Source: Gemmatimonadaceae bacterium
GTDB lineage: Bacteria; Gemmatimonadota; Gemmatimonadetes; Gemmatimonadales; Gemmatimonadaceae
Reading direction: 5' to 3'
NCBI GenBank assembly: GCA_033763905.1
Contig: JANRJP010000106.1
Location: forward strand, 1-13,140
DNA: 13,140 nucleotides
Part shown: positions 7,589 through 13,140 of the stretch, one piece after another
Position numbering within the stretch: the first letter of the stretch is position 1
Layout: each line of letters starts with the position of its first letter
Translations under genes and position numbers: made by a program
Notes under the pieces: model-generated
The model's database searches: none
What the model was told of the DNA's origin: nothing
Seen by the model: the letters and a program-made list of their open reading frames with translations, nothing else

Positions 7589-9171
7589 AACCGATCTCCC
7601 GAAAGCAGTACGATCGCGCTGCGCGCGGGGACGGTCACGTTGACCGTGCCGCCGGCGGCGACCGAGACAGAAGTGCCGGTACAGGACGCACCAGTGCGTC
7701 CGCCGGTCAAGACATCGCAATAGGTACCAGCGCTGAGCCCACTGGGCACGGCGGCGGTGAGTGCCGAGGCACCGTTGTTGATGAGGACGAACCCGATCGC
7801 GCCGCGCGAGAACGCCAGGGCGTCGGCGCCATCGGTCCACGAGGCGTTCACCGGCGCGTCGCCGACCGTGCGGCGGAAGCGCACCATCCGGCGGATCATC
7901 GGGTCCCGGTGCTCACAGAGGAACTCCCCGTTGAGCGCCGTCTCGAAACTGTTGGCGCAAGTCACCGCGCGAGGATTGACGATTGCATCGTGCGGCGGGC
8001 CACCATCACGTCCGCCGCCGGTGCTTCGATCGAAGGCGTAGCCGCTGAGCACCGACGGATACCCGTACGGCTGCGCCAGCAGCCAGACGTTCGCGAGCCG
8101 AAAGCGCTGGCCATCCCGATAGCTGATCCCGTCGCTCCGCTGCGTGTCGTGGTTCTCGAGGAACACGACCGCCTTGTCCGACGGCATCAGGCCGAGGCCG
8201 CTGAAGCCGTTCAGTTGACTTACACGTCGACCGTTGGCGCCGGTGAAATGGTCCCCGTTGCTCCGGAACCGGAACTCGGTGATGTCGGACGCGCCACCAG
8301 ACACGTAGCCCAAGCCGTAGTAGTCGTTGGCGCGCACGGCTTCGCCGCCGTAGTCGATGATCTCGCTGAACCAGTAGGGCTGCGGGTTGCCGGCGGCCGT
8401 CCACTCGCGATTGACCAGCGTCACGATGCTGTCGAGTTGTACCGGCTGGATGTGCTTGGCCGCATCAATCCGGAACCCGCGCACCCCCAGCGCCAGGAGC
8501 GACAAGCAGTAGTCGGCAAGTTTTCGCCGGACCGAGGCCAGTCCCGTATTGAGGTCGGCGAGTCCGACCAGCTCGCAGTCCTGGACGTTCTCGGCGCTGT
8601 TGTAGTTCGTGATGCCGCAGGGGCGGTGAAAGTCCGCGGCGGTCCACACGCCGGGGTACTCGTACTTGGTGTACGTCGTGCCGGCCGAACCCGTCCCGCT
8701 CCCCGCGGTCATATGGTTCAGCACCACGTCGACGTACACGTCCACGCCCGCCGTGCGGCAGCGGTTGACCATATCGATGAACTGCGCGCGCGTTCCTGAG
8801 CGGGTCGCGTCGAGCTTGTAGCTCACCGGCTGGTAGACGACCCACCACTGGGAGCTGACGTAGTGCTCCTGCGGCGGCGAGACCTGCACCGCCTTCCAGC
8901 CGTCGGGCCCGAGGCGCTGCTCGCACTCCGTGGCCACATTGGCCCACGTCCATTGGAACAGGTGGACGAAGGCATTGCCGCCTTGTCCGAGGTTGGAGGG
9001 CCGATACTGCGACGCGAGAATCGGCCGTGGTTCTGGGGGCGCCACGGAGCCGCCCCCCCGGAAAGTCGAACCGCCGTCGCCGCAGGCGCCAACCCAAAGG
9101 CTGGCGCACAGGGCGACGGCGGTCCGGAGTCCCGGGGCCCGAAGGCCCCGGAACCGACCGTCAGTCCGCAT
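7585..9171 (-). CDS. Alpha-amylase (GH13, actinobacterial/animal-like type), predicted lipoprotein, with C-terminal beta-domain
   Basis: 528 aa. GH13 conserved regions DVVLNHM, GFRIDAAKH (nucleophile Asp), FSEIID (acid/base Glu) and FLENHDTQR, plus FVHLFQW, VQVSPPQEH, WWVVYQPVSYKL and the C-domain motifs LAFSRG and GTYCDVLTG. Lipobox-like VGA-C30. The ATG overlaps the susD stop (TAATG). Confidence 0.93.
   Translation of the reverse strand: MRTDGRFRGLRAPGLRTAVALCASLWVGACGDGGSTFRGGGSVAPPEPRPILASQYRPSNLGQGGNAFVHLFQWTWANVATECEQRLGPDGWKAVQVSPPQEHYVSSQWWVVYQPVSYKLDATRSGTRAQFIDMVNRCRTAGVDVYVDVVLNHMTAGSGTGSAGTTYTKYEYPGVWTAADFHRPCGITNYNSAENVQDCELVGLADLNTGLASVRRKLADYCLSLLALGVRGFRIDAAKHIQPVQLDSIVTLVNREWTAAGNPQPYWFSEIIDYGGEAVRANDYYGLGYVSGGASDITEFRFRSNGDHFTGANGRRVSQLNGFSGLGLMPSDKAVVFLENHDTQRSDGISYRDGQRFRLANVWLLAQPYGYPSVLSGYAFDRSTGGGRDGGPPHDAIVNPRAVTCANSFETALNGEFLCEHRDPMIRRMVRFRRTVGDAPVNASWTDGADALAFSRGAIGFVLINNGASALTAAVPSGLSAGTYCDVLTGGRTGASCTGTSVSVAAGGTVNVTVPARSAIVLLSGDRL
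9128..9155 (-). promoter_or_regulatory. Stable RNA stem-loop with cUUCGg tetraloop, 15 nt downstream of the susD stop
   Basis: The mRNA reads GGUU-CCGGGGCC-UUCG-GGCCCCGG-GACU: a perfect 8-bp all-GC stem (9132-9151) extendable to 12 bp with two G.U pairs. No U-tract follows. The structure is seen directly; its function is inferred. Confidence 0.6.
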
Positions 9172-10721
9172 TAGTAGCCGGGGTTCTGGACGAGCCGCGG
9201 GTTCGCCGTGAGCTCGGAGGACGGAATCGGGTACAGATTGCGGAACGCCGCCGTCGACTGCCCGAGGCGGGTGCCACCCTTCCAGGACCAGAGCTTCTGG
9301 TTGCCGGTGAAGAGGCCGTAGCGGACGAGGTCCGTGCGGCGATGCCCTTCCCAGAGGAGCTCGCGGACGCGCTCGTCGAGGATGAAAGCTTCGGTCATCG
9401 CGGCATCGGCGATCGGCGTCGCACTGGCGCGAGCGCGCAGCGCGTTGATGTAGCCCAAGGCCGTCGCACGCGAGCCGCCTCCACCACGTACCACCGCTTC
9501 GGCGTACATCAGGTACGCGTCGGCGAGGCGGAACATCGGGTAGTCGGTATCGACGTGCGTCAGGTTCGAACCGTTGGCGCCGCCGGTCGTGCGGTTGCGG
9601 TACTTCGGCGCAGCGCGGCCGTTCTGGAAGTTACCGATCGCGAAGACCGAGTCGGTCTGGTTGGTGCTGAAGAAGTAGCTCGAGCGGACATCACCCGCGG
9701 CCCACAGCGGGAGCACTTCCGGCTTGAGGCGGAGGCCCCACCAGCAGCCGTCGAGGCCGTAGTTCGCGGCGTTCATATCGCCGCCGCACGAGGCGTGGGC
9801 GATGAACGTCGTGCCACCCCAGGTCCGGGTGTTCACGCCATCCTGCGTGACCGGGAAGATGATTTCGGGCGACGTGTGGTTGTCGGCCGAGAACATCCGG
9901 ATGTAGTTCGGGTCGATCGAATAGCCCGGCGTGGCGATCACGGCTTCCGCCGCCTGACGGGCTTCGCTGTAGCGCGCCGTGCCGGTGTAGACCGCCGAGT
10001 TCAGGTAGAGCTTGGCGAGCAGCATCGACGCCGCCGCCTGGCCCGCGCGGCCGTACTGCGGCGCGGCCGGGAGGAGCGGACGGATGGCGTTGAGTTCGGC
10101 GACCGCGTAGTCGAACACCGCCGAGCGCGTGGACTGCGCGGGCGGCTCGGACTTCGACGTGTTCTCGTCGACGAGCGGCACGTTGCCGAAGAGGTCGATC
10201 GCGTGCCAGTACGAGAGCGCGCGGAGGAAGCGCGCCTCGGCACGGTACTGATTGACTTCGGCCAGCAGCGCCCCGGTCACGCCGCGGCGGGCGAGGACGT
10301 CCGGCGCGGTCTCACGCAGGAACTCGTTCGCCAGCGCGATCTGGAAATAGATGCGGTAGTAGAGCGCGACGACGAACTGGTTGTTCGCCGCCCAGAGCTG
10401 CGTGTTGAGCTCGGGCAGACCGGCGTCGCCCCAGCCCAGCACCGCTTCGTCGGTCGGCAGTTCGTTCGCCGACCAGAGCAGACGGACATAGTGCGAGAAG
10501 CCTTCGTCGATGCCGCCGATGTCGGCGTTGCCGTTCGGCCCTTCCTGACCGGTCACGGCGAGGCCGCCGTACACCTTGGCGATGAACGCCCGGTACGAGG
10601 CCGGTTCATTGAAGACGGTGCCGGAGCTGATCGAGCTCTTGGGCTCGAGCACCAGATCCGTGCACCCGGCGCCGACGACGGCGACACCGGCGAGCGCGAT
10701 GGTTCGGAGGATTCGATTCAT
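9171..10721 (-). CDS. susD: SusD/RagB family glycan-binding outer membrane lipoprotein, probably alpha-glucan binding
   Basis: 516 aa. Lipoprotein signal MNRILRTIALAGVAVVGAG-C20. SusD motifs AEARFLRALSYWHAIDLFGNVP, LLAKLYLN, YPMFRLADAYLMYAEA, ILDERVRELLWEGHRRTDLVRYG and LYPIP..EL..NP.L.QNPGY. It starts 10 nt after the susC stop. Confidence 0.95.
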   Translation of the reverse strand: MNRILRTIALAGVAVVGAGCTDLVLEPKSSISSGTVFNEPASYRAFIAKVYGGLAVTGQEGPNGNADIGGIDEGFSHYVRLLWSANELPTDEAVLGWGDAGLPELNTQLWAANNQFVVALYYRIYFQIALANEFLRETAPDVLARRGVTGALLAEVNQYRAEARFLRALSYWHAIDLFGNVPLVDENTSKSEPPAQSTRSAVFDYAVAELNAIRPLLPAAPQYGRAGQAAASMLLAKLYLNSAVYTGTARYSEARQAAEAVIATPGYSIDPNYIRMFSADNHTSPEIIFPVTQDGVNTRTWGGTTFIAHASCGGDMNAANYGLDGCWWGLRLKPEVLPLWAAGDVRSSYFFSTNQTDSVFAIGNFQNGRAAPKYRNRTTGGANGSNLTHVDTDYPMFRLADAYLMYAEAVVRGGGGSRATALGYINALRARASATPIADAAMTEAFILDERVRELLWEGHRRTDLVRYGLFTGNQKLWSWKGGTRLGQSTAAFRNLYPIPSSELTANPRLVQNPGY

Positions 10722-10731
10722 TGGGTTGACC

Positions 10732-13140
10732 TTAGAAGCGGAAGGACGCGCCCACCGTCACAGTGCGCGACAACGGGAAGATGTTGTTGTCGATGCCGAA
10801 GCCGACCGACGCCGGATCAAGCCCGCTGTACCCGGTGAAGGTAAAGGCATTCTGCATCGTTCCAAACACACGCACGTTCTTGATGTTCGCCAAGCCGCGG
10901 CGGAAGGTGTAGCCGAGCGTGACGTTGTCGAGGCGGAGGAACGAGGCATCCTCGACGTAGTAGTCCGAGAAGTACTGCGGACGGGTGAAGCCGGTCTCGA
11001 GCGCCGAGGCGTGGATGGCCGTCGGGTCCGAACGGGTCAGCGACTCGTAGTGGCCGAGGTTCGAGGCCACGTTGTTGTACACGTAGTTGCCGAGGTGCGC
11101 ACGGGCCGTGAGGCTCAGGTCCCAGCCCTTCCACGCCAGGTTCGACGTGTGGCCGATGATGAGCTTCGGCGCGGGCTGCTCGAACGGCTTGCGGTCCTGC
11201 TGGTTGATGATGCCGTTGCCGTCCCGATCGACGTAGAGGTCCTGCTCGTTGATCGTGCCGTTGTTGTCGACGTCACGGTAGATCGGCTTGCCGTTCTCGC
11301 GACGGTGCTGGTACACGAAGAACGAGTTGAGCGGGAAGCCCGGCTGCAAGACCTGGATCGTCGAGCCGACACCGCCGGCGATGCCGCCGACGAGGATCTG
11401 CTCGGCGCCCGTGCCGAAGGCGTTGACCGAGAGGAGCTTGTTGCGGTTGGCCGAGAACGCGAAGGTCGCGTCCCAGGTCAGCTTGTTCGCGCCGCCGCGG
11501 AGGACGGCCGCGTTGATCAGCGCTTCCCAGCCGCGGTTCTGCATCGAGCCGACGTTCGTCGTCACGAGGTTGCCGACGGCGGTACCGGCCGGCACCGGGA
11601 TCGTGAAGATCAGGTCATCGGTCTGCTTGTCGTAGACTTCGAACGAGCCGTTGATGCGGCTGTTGAAGAGGCCGAAATCAAGACCGATGTTGGTCGAGGT
11701 CGTGCTCTCCCACTTGATGTTCGGATCGACCGCGCTCGGGCGGATCGTCGTCACGAACTGGTTGCCGAACTGCACAGCGGCCTGCGGGCTGCCGGGGGTG
11801 TAGACCGGGTACTGCTGGTAGTTGGCGAACGACTGGTTGCCGTTCTTGCCCCACGAGGCGCGGAGCTTCAGGTCCGACAGCGACTTGATGTTCTTGAGGA
11901 ACGGCTCGTCCACCAGGCGCCAGGCCACTGCGGCGCTGGGGAAGAGACCCCACTGGTTCTCGGGACCGAAGCGCGACGAGCCGTCGCGACGGACCGCCAC
12001 CGTGAAGAGATACTTGTCGGTGATCGAGAAGTTCGAGCGGCCGAAGAACGAGATCAGGCGGCTCTCCTGGATGTTCAGGAAGTTGCGCTGGATCCGCGCC
12101 GTCGGGACGCCGTTCTGCCCGAGGAAGTTCGTCGAGAGCGAGTCAGCGAAGAACGACGGGAAGTCGCCGCGCGACTCTTCGAACGTGTAACCGCCGGTGA
12201 AGTCGAAGTCACCCTTGATCGCGTTGATTCGGCGGGTGTAGTTGCCGAAGACTTCGAGCAGCGTGTTCAGCTGCTGCGGGTTGCTGCGGAAGAAGTTGCC
12301 GCCGCGGCTGTTTTCGAACTCCGAGCGGTTGTTGCTCGGGATGAAGTTCGTCCGCTCGGCCTGCGCAAAGTCAAAACCGGTGCGGATGTTCGCCGTGAGG
12401 TTGTCGATGAACGGCAGCCGGTAGCGCGCCTCGATGTTGCCGACGCTGCGATAGGCCGTGCCGCTTTCGCGGACGAGGTTGAGTTCCGAGAGCGGGTTGT
12501 TGACGCCGTTCGTGTTGGCCCACTCGAAGAACGTGCCGTTCGCGTTCAGGATCGGCTGCGTCGGCGCCATCGCCGTCGCGTTGCCAATCACGGCGCCCGG
12601 GGTGTAGCCGTCGGCCGTGCGGCTGCCCTTGAGGTTGAGCTTGTAGGTCAGGCGGTCGCCGTAGAGCTTGTCCTGCAGGCTGATCGCCGCCGAGAGGCGC
12701 TTGGTGGCCGAGGCGAGGACGACACCGTCCTGGCTCAGGTAGTTCATCGAGAAGCGATACTTGCGATCGCCTTCACCGCCGCCCGCCGAGAGCGAATGCT
12801 CGCGGCCGGTCGCGTCGCGCATAATGGCGCCGCGCCAGTCGGTGTTCGCGGTGCCGAGCAGCGCGACCGTCGCCGGCACGCCGTACTGCGTCGCGGCCGC
12901 GCGGTACTGCGTGGCGTTGAGCAGATCGAGATCGTTGGCGATCATCGAGTTCGAAAGCGAGCTCGAATAGGTGAAGCCGTCGCCGCCCGACTTGGTCGTA
13001 ATGAGAAGGACGCCGTTGGCGCCGCGCGATCCGTAGATCGAGGTGGCCGAGGCGTCCTTGAGGACCGAGATCGACTCGATGTCGTTCGGATTCAGGAAGT
13101 TCAGCGGATTTCGGCCCGAGGAGATGCCGCCGCCGACCTG
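10732..13140 (-). CDS. susC: SusC/RagA family TonB-dependent outer membrane transporter, 5'-partial
   Basis: The track ORF 10732..12945 stays open in frame to the window edge. The extra part reads QVGGGISSGRNPLNFLNPNDIESISVLKDASATSIYGSRGANGVLLITTK, the SusC/RagA plug signature. Also present: RRDGSSRFG..NQWGLFPSAAVAW, LKLRASWG, IKWESTTSTNIGLDFG, VEDASFLRLDNVTLGYTF and a C-terminal Phe (ASFRF). It lies directly upstream of a SusD gene. Confidence 0.96.
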   Translation of the reverse strand, partial: QVGGGISSGRNPLNFLNPNDIESISVLKDASATSIYGSRGANGVLLITTKSGGDGFTYSSSLSNSMIANDLDLLNATQYRAAATQYGVPATVALLGTANTDWRGAIMRDATGREHSLSAGGGEGDRKYRFSMNYLSQDGVVLASATKRLSAAISLQDKLYGDRLTYKLNLKGSRTADGYTPGAVIGNATAMAPTQPILNANGTFFEWANTNGVNNPLSELNLVRESGTAYRSVGNIEARYRLPFIDNLTANIRTGFDFAQAERTNFIPSNNRSEFENSRGGNFFRSNPQQLNTLLEVFGNYTRRINAIKGDFDFTGGYTFEESRGDFPSFFADSLSTNFLGQNGVPTARIQRNFLNIQESRLISFFGRSNFSITDKYLFTVAVRRDGSSRFGPENQWGLFPSAAVAWRLVDEPFLKNIKSLSDLKLRASWGKNGNQSFANYQQYPVYTPGSPQAAVQFGNQFVTTIRPSAVDPNIKWESTTSTNIGLDFGLFNSRINGSFEVYDKQTDDLIFTIPVPAGTAVGNLVTTNVGSMQNRGWEALINAAVLRGGANKLTWDATFAFSANRNKLLSVNAFGTGAEQILVGGIAGGVGSTIQVLQPGFPLNSFFVYQHRRENGKPIYRDVDNNGTINEQDLYVDRDGNGIINQQDRKPFEQPAPKLIIGHTSNLAWKGWDLSLTARAHLGNYVYNNVASNLGHYESLTRSDPTAIHASALETGFTRPQYFSDYYVEDASFLRLDNVTLGYTFRRGLANIKNVRVFGTMQNAFTFTGYSGLDPASVGFGIDNNIFPLSRTVTVGASFRF
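11193..11280. repeat. Imperfect 45-bp tandem duplication in susC encoding two Dx[DN]x[DN]G loops
   Basis: ggtcctgct.gttgat..tgccgttg occurs at 11193 and 11238. The protein reads YRDVDNNGTINEQDL / YVDRDGNGIINQQDR. Confidence 0.7.

Noticed and set aside
7589..7840. 84-codon N-terminal extension of the GH97 ORF
   Set aside because: It overlaps the amylase C-terminal domain and has no protein-like features. The SD-supported GTG at 7588 gives a proper signal peptide.
9053..9059. G7 run (minus strand) early in the amylase gene as a phase-variation tract
   Set aside because: It is short, in frame, encodes part of an Arg-Gly-Gly linker, and is expected by chance at this GC level.
9128..9155. Hairpin as a classical intrinsic terminator
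   Set aside because: There is no U-tract on either side and it lies within coding sequence, so it is reported as a regulatory stem-loop instead.
12943..12945. ATG at 12945 as the susC start
   Set aside because: The frame continues upstream through the conserved plug motif to the window edge, so the gene is cut by the window and is not a short gene or pseudogene.
127..12970. Many long plus-strand ORFs (e.g. 2631..4004, 3928..5403, 7447..8799, 9027..10838)
   Set aside because: They are antisense shadows of well-supported minus-strand genes in high-GC DNA, rich in Arg/Ala/Ser and without recognisable motifs.

Overview
High-GC bacterial DNA carrying one tightly packed minus-strand gene cluster, probably a single operon, for alpha-glucan (starch/glycogen/maltodextrin) use. 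In transcription order: a SusC/RagA TonB-dependent transporter (5' end outside the window), a SusD/RagB lipoprotein, a lipoprotein GH13 alpha-amylase of the actinobacterial/animal-like type, a secreted SusB-like GH97 alpha-glucosidase, a fused EIIA-HPr-EI PTS protein, a PtsG-like EIICB permease with an extra Cys-less EIIB-like domain, and a secreted six-hairpin-type glycoside hydrolase (3' end outside the window, missing from the ORF track). The most striking point is a Bacteroidota-style SusCD polysaccharide utilization locus joined to a complete, self-contained glucose PTS. A strong cUUCGg hairpin lies just after susD, inside the amylase signal-peptide codons. High GC together with SusCD suggests Gemmatimonadota or a similar lineage, but that is inference only. 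No RNA genes, mobile elements or CRISPR arrays were seen.
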